Positions 10,054 to 18,201 of a DNA stretch of 64,000 bases are shown one piece after another. The position numbers and the translations under genes were made by a program. The DNA comes from Myxococcales bacterium (GTDB taxonomy: Bacteria; Myxococcota_A; Polyangia; Polyangiales; DASUME01). Positions within the stretch are counted from its first letter, which is position 1, and each line of letters starts with the position of its first letter. Location of the stretch: NCBI GenBank assembly GCA_047601445.1, contig JASGJH010000001.1, positions 5,472,001 through 5,536,000 of the forward strand, read 5' to 3'. The notes under the pieces are model-generated. The model did not search any database, was not told the origin of the DNA, and saw nothing but the letters and a program-made list of their open reading frames with translations.

Positions 10054-10719
10054 ATGGCCACGAGCTTCGAGGATCTAGGCGAATCAACCAGCATGGCGGC
10101 GCTGAAATCGCGCTTCGCGGAGTGCCCCTGGTGGGACAACTTTCGGGAGGCCGAGTCGCTCAATGACGAAGCGCCTCGGGTACGCCTGATCGAGGGCCCG
10201 CTCGAGCTCGACGGTGACTTGCACACCGGGTCCGACCCGTGGGCGGTCATCGTGGATGGCTCGCTGACCCTGAGCGGCACCCTCGAGTGCTACACGGAGG
10301 ATGCGCGCACCAGCACCTTGATCGTCACCGGACCCGTGCGTGCGGCGAATCTCTTCTTTGCCAGCGCGGCTCAGGTGTGGGTCGGGTCCCTCGAGCTCTC
10401 CGGCTTCGTGATCGGCACCTGGGGCGACAGCGGTGCGTGGCTGAGTTCAGCAGGACCGCTCATCGCGCGCGGAGTCCTGCTCGACTCTCACACGGCCGCA
10501 TACGGACACCCCACCCAGGCCATCGTGCTCGCCGGCCGCGGCTGGCAAAACCTGGTCCCCGACATCGCCGACGGCGAAAACGCGCTCTTCGTGCCCGAGG
10601 TGCGGGATCGCGGAGGCCCGTTCTTGAACTTTCACGCGGCACGCGACGCTGCGAAATCCGGCCGGCCCGTCTTCGATGTGGCGCAGGAAGCCTCGCTACG
10701 CGGGCGCAAGGGACTCTAG
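10054..10719 (+). CDS. Hypothetical protein with bactofilin-like beta-solenoid repeats
   Basis: Repeats IEGPLELDGDL / IVDGSLTLSGTL / IVTGPVRAANL; plausible codon usage. Confidence 0.6.
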   Translation: MATSFEDLGESTSMAALKSRFAECPWWDNFREAESLNDEAPRVRLIEGPLELDGDLHTGSDPWAVIVDGSLTLSGTLECYTEDARTSTLIVTGPVRAANLFFASAAQVWVGSLELSGFVIGTWGDSGAWLSSAGPLIARGVLLDSHTAAYGHPTQAIVLAGRGWQNLVPDIADGENALFVPEVRDRGGPFLNFHAARDAAKSGRPVFDVAQEASLRGRKGL

Positions 10720-11138
10720 TTGGGGGGTTGCGCTTCGCGCTGACGATCTGAATCGAGGTCGCACTCCCGCACGGACACTGGGATCCGAGCAGCGGAGCTT
10801 GCCCGCGCGTGTGCCAACTCACCGTGCGACCGTGTCGATCTGAGCGTTGTGCAGACAGCTCAAGCTCGTGTCAGGTTAAGTCAGACATCGCGTTAGGGAT
10901 GGGTGCCCGCCGAAGCGCGGCGAAGAGTCGCTGCGCCAGTGAGTTCGCTGGCGACCCGGAACGCGTAGAACCTCGTGGAGTCAAGCGTCCCGCCAGAGCG
11001 CAGGTCGCATCCGCCACCTCTATTCGACCCTTCTTCGATCGCACAGGCGAGCGCTCGCACGGTCTGGCCAGGCAGTGCGACGGTGCGTCGTTTTGTGCCG
11101 CGATCTTTCTTGATCAACCAGAAACAGTGGAGAGGCAC

Positions 11139-12191
11139 ATGATCAAAGCGAAACCGAGAAACCACCGAAAATCGACGAGCTGCCTAGTCAGCGGGGCGGC
11201 CGCCATGGCGATGCTCCTCAGCAGCGCCCAGCACGCATCCGCCCTGGAAGACAACATCTGCATCCAGACGAACTGGGCGAGCCACGGCAACAGTCAGAAC
11301 CTTACTTGCACGGCCAATGACGTGCGGGTTGCCGAGGCCTTCAACATCTGTGTGCCCGATGCCACACAGCCATCCGGCCAGTGCTGCCAGTCGGACGGCT
11401 GCCAGCCGACTTGCATCCAGGGCACGCAGTTCACCTTTACCGCGGACTTCAGGGTCGACCTGACCGCACAAACTCGCTACGACGTCGGCATCTACTTCGC
11501 GACCGACGGCGGTGGCAGCGACGGTGCGCTCACCGGGGCGTGCGAACTCAACACCATCGATCCCGCGAACGGACAGAACTTCACCAACCAGGATCGCCCG
11601 CCGGATGTCTGCGGCGACATCGTGAACACTTCCGCCTTCAATCCTCAGATCGTGCACCTCGAGGTTGGCGCTACGTGCCAGGGAACCGCGGCGAACCCCG
11701 AGCAGGTGAACCTGCCGAACTGCACGAGCTGGCGACAGTCGGGCGCTAACGAGGTCTGCGATGAGGCGCGCGATGCCTTCCCGGGCTCGCCCTCCAAGTG
11801 TAACTGCCAGCCGAACTTCGCGATCGACATCTTCGTCGAGCCGCCGGACGCGGCGGTGGTCAAGACCGCCAAGTCGGCCTGCGTCACCTTCGAAGTCAAA
11901 GTGAGTAACCCGACGCAGACCAAAACCTTGAGCCTGAACTCGCTCATCGACGCGCCGTACGGCGACATCACCAACGCTGCGAACCCGAACCTGTGCAGCA
12001 CGACCTGCGGCGGTCTTCCCCGCACGCTCGCGCCGGGCGCGGACTACACCTGCACCTTCGCGGCGCGCGTAGCGAGCTTGGCCACCGTGCAGACCGACAC
12101 GGTCACCGCGACGCTGACGAGCGATGGCCAGAACATCCAGCGCAGTGGTAGCGAACGGGTGCTGATCGATCTGGACCCGCCCAGCAATTAG
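11139..12191 (+). CDS. Secreted Cys-containing hypothetical protein with Ig-like C-terminal domain
   Basis: SD GGAGAG before ATG 11139; signal peptide ending ASA; C-terminal beta-rich domain (VVKTA...VTFEVKVSN...LAPGADYTCTF). Confidence 0.7.
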   Translation: MIKAKPRNHRKSTSCLVSGAAAMAMLLSSAQHASALEDNICIQTNWASHGNSQNLTCTANDVRVAEAFNICVPDATQPSGQCCQSDGCQPTCIQGTQFTFTADFRVDLTAQTRYDVGIYFATDGGGSDGALTGACELNTIDPANGQNFTNQDRPPDVCGDIVNTSAFNPQIVHLEVGATCQGTAANPEQVNLPNCTSWRQSGANEVCDEARDAFPGSPSKCNCQPNFAIDIFVEPPDAAVVKTAKSACVTFEVKVSNPTQTKTLSLNSLIDAPYGDITNAANPNLCSTTCGGLPRTLAPGADYTCTFAARVASLATVQTDTVTATLTSDGQNIQRSGSERVLIDLDPPSN

Positions 12192-12225
12192 CGAGAAGGA
12201 GAGGGGAGAGCGGGCACGGGCACGT

Positions 12226-13830
12226 TTACGGGGAGTTCTCTCGGGCCTGAATCCGTTCGTAGGAGAGCCCGAACCGTGCGAGGTACTTCCGCAAGCGGTC
12301 AGCATCGTTGCTGCTGTTCTTCTTCGCCCGCGAGGCCGCGAACAGTTTACGCCCGGCATCGCTCAGGGACTTCGACTCGCGACATACCCGCACCACCACG
12401 GCGAGCTGCGCTTGGTCGAACAGATCGATCTGCTCCAGGGCTTCCGCATCCAGGTACGCGCTCAGTGCAGGCTCGGGTGTGCTCGCCACCGGTCCCCAGC
12501 TGAATCGCAGGCGCTCGATCTCTCCGCGCACCGTGGCCACGTCGATGCGTCCGCCGGAGGCCAGCGTGGCCATACGGGTCACGGCGGCACGGAAGTCTCG
12601 AAAATTACCCAGCCAGCGCGCATCACGCGAGCGCGCGAACTCCAGGAACAGCGCGCGTGCTTCACGGTTCATGGTGACGCGCCGGTGCTGCTCGGTGTCC
12701 CAGTGCTCGAGCTCGTAGTCGAGGTTGGGCTCGATGTCCTCGAGCCGCTCCGAGAGCCCCGGCAGTTCGAACGTCCACAAGTTGATGCGCGCCAGCAAGT
12801 CCTCGCGAAATGCCCCGTCGCGCGAGGTGAGCTTGCGGTTGGTGCCAGCTAGCAGCTGAAATTCACTGGTCACCGTGCGGTCGCTGCCCACGGGCATGAA
12901 CTTCCGCTCCTCCAAGGCGCGCAGCAACATGGCCTGTTCGTCGCTGCCGAGCTCCCCGATCTCGTCCAGGAAGAGCACGCCGCCGTGGGCCGCACGCAAC
13001 AGGCCCGCGCGGTCGGTGGCGGCACCGGTATAGGCCCCCTTCACGTGACCGAACAGTGCGCTCATGGCGCCGTCGCCGCGGAGAGTGGCGCAGTTGACCT
13101 CCACGAAGGGACCCCTCACCTGCTGCCGATCACGCTTGAGCTCGTACACCCTGCGGGCGAGCTGCGACTTGCCAGCGCCCGTGGGCCCCATCAAGAGAAT
13201 GGGCTCGCGCGAGCGCGTGGCCACCAGCTCGAGCTGCTCGATCAGGCGATTGAAGGCGGCGTTCTTGGTGTCGATGCCCGCCTTGAGGAAGCTGATGCTG
13301 TCTTGTTTCTCGGCCTCGAAGCGACGCGCGATGCTGTCGTACCGACTCAGATCGAGATCGATGATGCCGTACTTGCCCGGCTCGGAACGCTGACGCGCGG
13401 GCGGGGGCGAGGCTTGCAGCAAGCGACCCGGAATGTGGCGCGACTCGGTGAGCAAGAACCAGCAGATCTGCGCCACGTGGGTGCCCGTGGTGATGTGCAC
13501 CAGGTACTCCTCGCGGTCGGGCGCGAAGGGGTAGCTGCGGGCCCAGCTCGAGAGCGCCGCGTAGACCTCCTCGAAGTCCCAGGGATCCTTGAGCGACAGG
13601 CCGTGGTGTCGGACCTCGGTGTGAGGGGACACGCTCACCATGTCCCGGGCCACCAGCTCCGCGAGCGCATGGTTCTCCGGATCGCAGAGCAGCTCGAAGC
13701 GCTCGATCAACAGGTCCTCGTGGCGGCACAGGTCCACGTTCGGCCGCCAGCGCTCCCAACGCTGCTCGCGCATGCCGCCGTCGAGCACGCTGCCCAGGAT
13801 GCCGATCACCACCGTCTTCAGCTTGGCCAC
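12226..13830 (-). CDS. rtcR: Sigma54-dependent RNA-repair transcriptional activator RtcR
   Basis: N-terminal RtcR/CARF region (RWERWRP, DPWDFEEVY, HITTGTHVAQIC), Walker A GPTGAGKS, GAYTGA, C-terminal NDADRLRKYLARFGL; divergent from rtcB. Confidence 0.97.
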   Translation of the reverse strand: MAKLKTVVIGILGSVLDGGMREQRWERWRPNVDLCRHEDLLIERFELLCDPENHALAELVARDMVSVSPHTEVRHHGLSLKDPWDFEEVYAALSSWARSYPFAPDREEYLVHITTGTHVAQICWFLLTESRHIPGRLLQASPPPARQRSEPGKYGIIDLDLSRYDSIARRFEAEKQDSISFLKAGIDTKNAAFNRLIEQLELVATRSREPILLMGPTGAGKSQLARRVYELKRDRQQVRGPFVEVNCATLRGDGAMSALFGHVKGAYTGAATDRAGLLRAAHGGVLFLDEIGELGSDEQAMLLRALEERKFMPVGSDRTVTSEFQLLAGTNRKLTSRDGAFREDLLARINLWTFELPGLSERLEDIEPNLDYELEHWDTEQHRRVTMNREARALFLEFARSRDARWLGNFRDFRAAVTRMATLASGGRIDVATVRGEIERLRFSWGPVASTPEPALSAYLDAEALEQIDLFDQAQLAVVVRVCRESKSLSDAGRKLFAASRAKKNSSNDADRLRKYLARFGLSYERIQARENSP

Positions 13831-13836
13831 CGATAT

Positions 13837-13852
13837 TTATCTTATACGATAA
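13837..13852. promoter_or_regulatory. Probable RtcR binding site (TTATC-N6-GATAA palindrome)
   Basis: AT-rich inverted repeat in a high-GC background, ~120 bp upstream of the sigma54 promoter and next to the rtcR start. Confidence 0.7.
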
Positions 13853-13969
13853 TTTTATCCGTGCCTCTCGAGATTGAGCCACCGTCAGTGCCCCGGCGCT
13901 TCCAGCATCTCGCGGAATAGCCACATCTATCCGAGTACTTAGAGCTCTGGTCGTCATCGCCCACCCGGA

Positions 13970-13985
13970 CGGCACGCGGGCTGCT
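13970..13985 (+). promoter_or_regulatory. Sigma54 (-24/-12) promoter of the rtcB operon
   Basis: cGGCACGCGGGCTGCt = GG-N10-GC with the GGCAC -24 core, ~36 nt before the rtcB ATG. Confidence 0.8.
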
Positions 13986-14020
13986 CTAGCAAGGGTCAGA
14001 ATCAACTTCTGGAGTTCCCG

Positions 14021-15256
14021 ATGACCCGCGAGCACAACTACGACTTCCTCCCCACGCCCTCAGGCCTGCCCATCAAGAGCTGGACGCGCGGGGTGCCGGT
14101 GGAAGCTCCGGCGCTCAAGCAGCTGCAGAACATGGCGAGCTTGCCCTTCATCTACAAGTGGCTGGCCGTGATGCCCGACGTGCACCTCGGGAAGGGCGCC
14201 ACCGTGGGCAGCGTGGTGCCTACCCACAAGGCGATCATCCCGGCGGCCGTGGGCGTGGATATCGGCTGCGGCATGATGGCCGTGCAAACATCGCTCAACG
14301 CCCGCGATCTGCCGGACTCGTTGCGCGACGTGCGCTCCGCCATCGAGCGCGCGGTGCCCCATGGCCGCGAGGTGACGCGTGGTGGACGCGACAAGGGCTC
14401 CTGGGGAAACCCGCCCGAGGCGCAGATCCAGGCCTGGAAGGGCTCGCTCGTGGAGCGCTTCGACGTCATCACCGCCAAGCACCCGGCGATCAAGAACTCG
14501 AACCACGTGGTGCACCTCGGCACGCTGGGTACCGGAAACCACTTCATTGAGCTGTGTCTCGACGAGTCCGATCAGGTGTGGGTGATGTTGCACTCGGGAT
14601 CGCGCGGCGTGGGAAACCGGATTGGGAGCTACTTCATCGAGCTCGCCAAGAAGGAGATGGGTCGCTTCTTCGTGAACTTGCCGGACCGGGATCTGGCGTA
14701 TCTGCCCGAGGGAAGCCAGCACTTCGAGGACTATGTGGAGGCCGTACAATGGGCGCAGGACTTCGCGATGCAGAACCGCCGCTTGATGATGAGTCAGGTG
14801 CTCGGCGCGCTGCGCGGACTCGGGAGCTTGCCCGAGTTCACCACAGATCGCCTAGCGGTGAACTGCCACCACAACTACGTGGCGCGTGAGACGCACTATG
14901 GAGAAGAGGTGTTGGTGACCCGCAAGGGCGCGGTGCGTGCGGGCGTGGGGGATCTCGGGATCATCCCGGGCAGCATGGGAGCGCGTTCGTTCATCGTGCG
15001 CGGCAAGGGAAATCCTGAGAGCTTCTGCAGCTGCAGCCACGGGGCGGGGCGCGTGATGTCGCGCACCGAGGCCAAGAAGCGCTTCACCACGGAGGACCAC
15101 GTGCGGGCCACCGAGGGCATCGAGTGCCGCAAGGACGCGGACGTGATCGACGAGACGCCGATGGCCTACAAGGACATCGACGCGGTGATGGAAGCGCAAA
15201 AGGATCTGGTGGAGGTCGCGCACACGCTGCGTCAAGTGGTGTGCGTGAAGGGTTGA
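14021..15256 (+). CDS. rtcB: RNA 2',3'-cyclic/3'-phosphate-5'-OH ligase RtcB
   Basis: MPDVHLGKGATVG, VGVDIGCGM, GTLGTGNHFIE, HSGSRG, CHHNY, PGSMG, SCSHGAGR, DETPMAYK, VCVKG. Confidence 0.98.
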   Translation: MTREHNYDFLPTPSGLPIKSWTRGVPVEAPALKQLQNMASLPFIYKWLAVMPDVHLGKGATVGSVVPTHKAIIPAAVGVDIGCGMMAVQTSLNARDLPDSLRDVRSAIERAVPHGREVTRGGRDKGSWGNPPEAQIQAWKGSLVERFDVITAKHPAIKNSNHVVHLGTLGTGNHFIELCLDESDQVWVMLHSGSRGVGNRIGSYFIELAKKEMGRFFVNLPDRDLAYLPEGSQHFEDYVEAVQWAQDFAMQNRRLMMSQVLGALRGLGSLPEFTTDRLAVNCHHNYVARETHYGEEVLVTRKGAVRAGVGDLGIIPGSMGARSFIVRGKGNPESFCSCSHGAGRVMSRTEAKKRFTTEDHVRATEGIECRKDADVIDETPMAYKDIDAVMEAQKDLVEVAHTLRQVVCVKG

Positions 15257-15257
15257 A

Positions 15258-16325
15258 ATGGACGAGCTGATTCACATCGATGGTTCGATCGGCGGCGGGC
15301 AGGTGTTGCGTAGCGCGCTCTCGTTGAGTGCGCTCACGGGCAAGCCCTTCGTCATCGAGTCGATCCGGATGCTGCGCGAGCGGCCCGGGTTGATGCGACA
15401 GCACCTGACGGCCGTGCAAGCGGTGGCCCGCATCTGCGGCGCGGAACTGCGTGGCGCAGAGCTCGGCTCGACGCGGCTCGAGTTCCGTCCGGGCCCTGTG
15501 CAGGCCGGGGACTACGAGTTCCCCATCGGCTCGGCGGGCAGCGCTTGCCTGGTGTTGCAGACCGTGTTGCCGCCGCTCGCCGTGGCGGGCGGTGCGTCGC
15601 AGCTGGTGTTCGAGGGCGGTACGCACAACCCGCTGGCGCCGCCCTACCCCTTTCTGGACCAAGTGTTCTTGCCGATCTGGGAGAAGCTGGGGCTGGGCGT
15701 GGAGCGTGAGCTCGTGCGCGCGGGCTTCTACCCGGCGGGCGGCGGGCGTTTCCGCGTGCGGCTCGAGCCGGTGGAGCGCGTGTCGCGGCTGGATCTGCTC
15801 GAGCGTGGGAGCATGCGGCGCATCTGGGCCGAGGCCTCGGTGTCGAATCTGCCGATTCACATCGCACGGCGCGAGCTTGAGGTCGTCAAGAAGCGCTTCC
15901 AGCTGGACGATGCGGATCTTCTGCTGCGCACGCCCGAGGCTTACGGGCCGGGCAACGTGCTCACCATTTGCGCGGAGTTCGAGCACGCCACGGAGATGGT
16001 GGTTGAGTTCGGGGCGCCCAAGCTGGCCGCGGAGCGATTGGCCGAGCGCGCAGTGCGGGCCCTCGGGCGCTACCTGGCGAGCGGCGCCGCGGTGGGCGAG
16101 CACCTCTCGGATCAGCTGTTGGTTCCGCTGGCGATGGCCGGTTCGGGCAGCTTCTCCACGCTCGAGCTCACGGAGCACGCGCGCTCGAACATCTCGGTGA
16201 TCGAGCGCTTCATGCCGGTGAAGTTCCAGGTGGAGAGCGAGTCGCAAGCACGGACGCTGGTGAAAGTGCACCCGATGTTCGAAGCCAGGGATGAACAAAC
16301 TGGGACCGACGTGATCGCGAGCTGA
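15258..16325 (+). CDS. rtcA: RNA 3'-terminal phosphate cyclase RtcA
   Basis: GGGQVLRSALSLS, RPGLMRQH, GGTHNPLAP, GFYPAGGG, HLSDQL, TEHARSN. Confidence 0.96.
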   Translation: MDELIHIDGSIGGGQVLRSALSLSALTGKPFVIESIRMLRERPGLMRQHLTAVQAVARICGAELRGAELGSTRLEFRPGPVQAGDYEFPIGSAGSACLVLQTVLPPLAVAGGASQLVFEGGTHNPLAPPYPFLDQVFLPIWEKLGLGVERELVRAGFYPAGGGRFRVRLEPVERVSRLDLLERGSMRRIWAEASVSNLPIHIARRELEVVKKRFQLDDADLLLRTPEAYGPGNVLTICAEFEHATEMVVEFGAPKLAAERLAERAVRALGRYLASGAAVGEHLSDQLLVPLAMAGSGSFSTLELTEHARSNISVIERFMPVKFQVESESQARTLVKVHPMFEARDEQTGTDVIAS

Positions 16326-16397
16326 GTCCGAACTCCGCGCGACGAGAATGACCTTCCACGTGCTCCTGCGCGGGCGCGGCGGGCGCGGTGCGTCCCG

Positions 16398-16410
16398 TGC
16401 TCTTTGACAA
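16398..16410 (+). promoter_or_regulatory. boxA (Nus-factor antitermination) motif
   Basis: TGCTCTTTGACAA, close to the rrn boxA consensus TGCTCTTTAACA, preceded by a GC-rich hairpin and directly ahead of RNA genes. Confidence 0.65.
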
Positions 16411-16433
16411 GCGAAGTCTTGCCTCCGTTCTTT

Positions 16434-16510
16434 GGTGGACGTGGTGTAGTGGTCTGCACGCTTGGTTGTGGCCCAGGCAGTGGTGGGTTCGATTCCCCCC
16501 GTTCACCCCA
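16434..16510 (+). tRNA. tRNA-His (GTG), with encoded G-1 and CCA
   Basis: G-1:C73; acceptor GTGGACG/CGTTCAC; D stem GTGT/GCAC; anticodon arm CTTGG-TTGTGGC-CCAGG (GTG at 16468-16470); T arm GTGGG-TTCGATT-CCCCC (one mismatch); 3' CCA. Confidence 0.9.
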
Positions 16511-16534
16511 TGCAGCGTACGAGAGTACGCTGCA
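16511..16534 (+). other. Perfect 10-bp GNRA hairpin immediately after the tRNA CCA
   Basis: tgcagcgtac-gaga-gtacgctgca; no U-tract, so more likely a processing/stability element than a terminator. Confidence 0.6.
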
Positions 16535-16601
16535 GTTCGCGCGCCTCGCCCGTCGAGGGAAACGCGGCCCGTGTGCATGCGGCGAGTCATCCCTCGCGGC
16601 A

Positions 16602-16829
16602 TCTGCAGGCGGGTTTCGCAGGGACGCGCGATGCGCGCATTTCGGTGCGCTTACCTATGGGTCGAGGGTTCGATTCCCTCCCGCGGCGCAAGCTCGGTAG
16701 CTCAGTGGTAGAGCAATAGGCAACCATGGGCCTGCGTTCACGCGCAGGCGGCCAACCTCGGCCAAGACGTGCGCTGGCCGCTTCTCATCTCTCATGGTGA
16801 AGCGGGCGCGTCCTCCCGGGAAACGCAGA
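16602..16829 (+). ncRNA. Y-RNA (YrlA)-like ncRNA with circularly permuted tRNA-like core (16654-16720); outer boundaries inferred
   Basis: CCTAT-GGGTC-GAGGG TTCGATT CCCTC-CCGCGGC GCAA GCTCGG-TA-GCTC AGTGGTA GAGC-A-ATAGG: T arm, tetraloop-capped acceptor, D arm in that order; enclosed by GGGACGCGC/GCGCGTCCT, GTTTC/GAAAC, TCTGC/GCAGA. Confidence 0.75.
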
Positions 16830-17067
16830 GCGCAGCAGCGCGCGAGCCAGCCAGCCATGGACCGCTCGCGCAGCCCCGCGCTCCGCCATTCCCTGCGGAC
16901 GACGCGTTAGCTCAAGGCAAACGACGACCTCACGAGCCCTCGCTGACGCTTGCTGCGTCTAGAGCGCTGGAGGTCCTCCGCCGCCGAGCGGCTCGCGTGC
17001 GTCGCGGCCATCTATGTTCGCGCTCTCTGGGAGAGAGCGCTCGAAACGCTGAAAAAGGAGCGTCGTC

Positions 17068-18171
17068 ATGTACTGGTACAAGGTTCTGCGTGTGAAGTTG
17101 AACGAACGCGTCGTGCTGCTCGACGACGGGCTGCCACTGCGTGCCCTCGGGCCGGGTCGGCACCGCGTGTGGGGAAGCCGCTTGACGGAGGTGCGCTGGA
17201 ACCTGGACCAACTCGTGTTCGACGCGCTCCCCGAAGTGCGCGCGATGTTGCCCGCGGAGTGGTTCGAGGAGGTCGCCCTCCGAACGCGTGAGCGTGGCGT
17301 ACTCTTCAAGGACGGGCGTCCGCAGGTCTATTTGCGGCCTGGTGTGCACCGCTTCTGGAAGACCGAGGCCGGGATCACCCTGCGCGTCTTCTCCACGGAC
17401 GAACCCATGCCCGAGCTGAGCGAGGAGCTCTTGAAGCTCATTCCGGCCCACGAGTACACGCGCAAGACCATCGAGTCCTACGAGCGCGGTCTCCTGCTGG
17501 TGAAGGGTGTGCTGCGCTCGGTGCTCGAGCCCGGGCAGTATGCCCTGTGGTCCACGCCCGAGGACCCGGCGCGCATCCTGAGCGTGGACATGCGCACGCA
17601 GCAGGCCAGCCTGGCGGCCCAGGAGCTGATGACCCGCGACAAGGTCACGCTGCGACTGACGCTGACGGCCGAGTACGCCGTCGAGGATCCGGCGCTGGCC
17701 CACCAGGCGGTGAGCGATCTGCGAGACCACGTCTACCTGCAGACGCAGCTCGCGGCGCGCGACTACGTGGCCAGCGTGACCCTCGACGAGCTGCTGGAGG
17801 GGCGTGAAGAAATGACCCGCTATCTCGAAAGCGAGGTGGTGCCGCGCGCCGCGAAGGCGGGCGCACGCGTGCGGCGCATCGGCGTGAAGGACGTGGTGCT
17901 GCCCGGCGAGATGAAGGGGTTGCTCAACCGCGTCATCGAAGCCGAGAAGGCGGCCATGGCCAACGTGATCCTGCGGCGTGAGGAGGCTGCGGCCACGCGG
18001 CTGTTGGCCAGCAGCGCGCGCATGATGGCGGACCAACCGGTGCTTCTGCGGCTGAAGGAGCTCGAGACCTTGAAGGAGATGGCGAGCCAAATCGACGAGG
18101 TGCGGCTCGTGGTGGGGTCCGATGGCCTCGAGAAGCTCTTGCCGGCCCAGCTGATCGGCGCCGGGCGCTGA
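17068..18171 (+). CDS. SPFH/Band 7 (slipin-family) protein
   Basis: Three N-terminal (E)RGLL...L.PG repeats, QELMTRDKVTLR, GVKDVVLPGEMK, VIEAEKAAMANVILRREEAAATR, LRLKELE; SD AAGGAG. Confidence 0.92.
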   Translation: MYWYKVLRVKLNERVVLLDDGLPLRALGPGRHRVWGSRLTEVRWNLDQLVFDALPEVRAMLPAEWFEEVALRTRERGVLFKDGRPQVYLRPGVHRFWKTEAGITLRVFSTDEPMPELSEELLKLIPAHEYTRKTIESYERGLLLVKGVLRSVLEPGQYALWSTPEDPARILSVDMRTQQASLAAQELMTRDKVTLRLTLTAEYAVEDPALAHQAVSDLRDHVYLQTQLAARDYVASVTLDELLEGREEMTRYLESEVVPRAAKAGARVRRIGVKDVVLPGEMKGLLNRVIEAEKAAMANVILRREEAAATRLLASSARMMADQPVLLRLKELETLKEMASQIDEVRLVVGSDGLEKLLPAQLIGAGR

Positions 18172-18201
18172 ACGGGGCTTCGTGCCGCGCGAACTCCTCG
18201 C

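Noticed and set aside
15258..15320. RtcA N-terminus GSIGGGQ lacking the Glu of GEGGGQ as a sign of inactivation
   Set aside because: All other motifs including the catalytic His region are intact, and I recall similar short variants in other bacterial RtcA proteins
16654..16720. True permuted tRNA gene matured by RtcB, or two-piece tmRNA
   Set aside because: Acceptor has only 6 bp with a bulge, is closed by a 4-nt loop with no CCA, and the flanks (CAA.. / ..TTA) cannot give a canonical U33 anticodon loop; a full D stem and absence of a tag ORF argue against tmRNA
16901..16975. TAGCTCAA...TAGAGC resembling a D arm with a ~45-nt insertion
   Set aside because: No matching T arm or acceptor pairing found; likely chance
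16388..17095. Short ORFs across the rtcA-slipin spacer
   Set aside because: They overlap the tRNA and tRNA mimic, lack family motifs and show no coding-like codon bias
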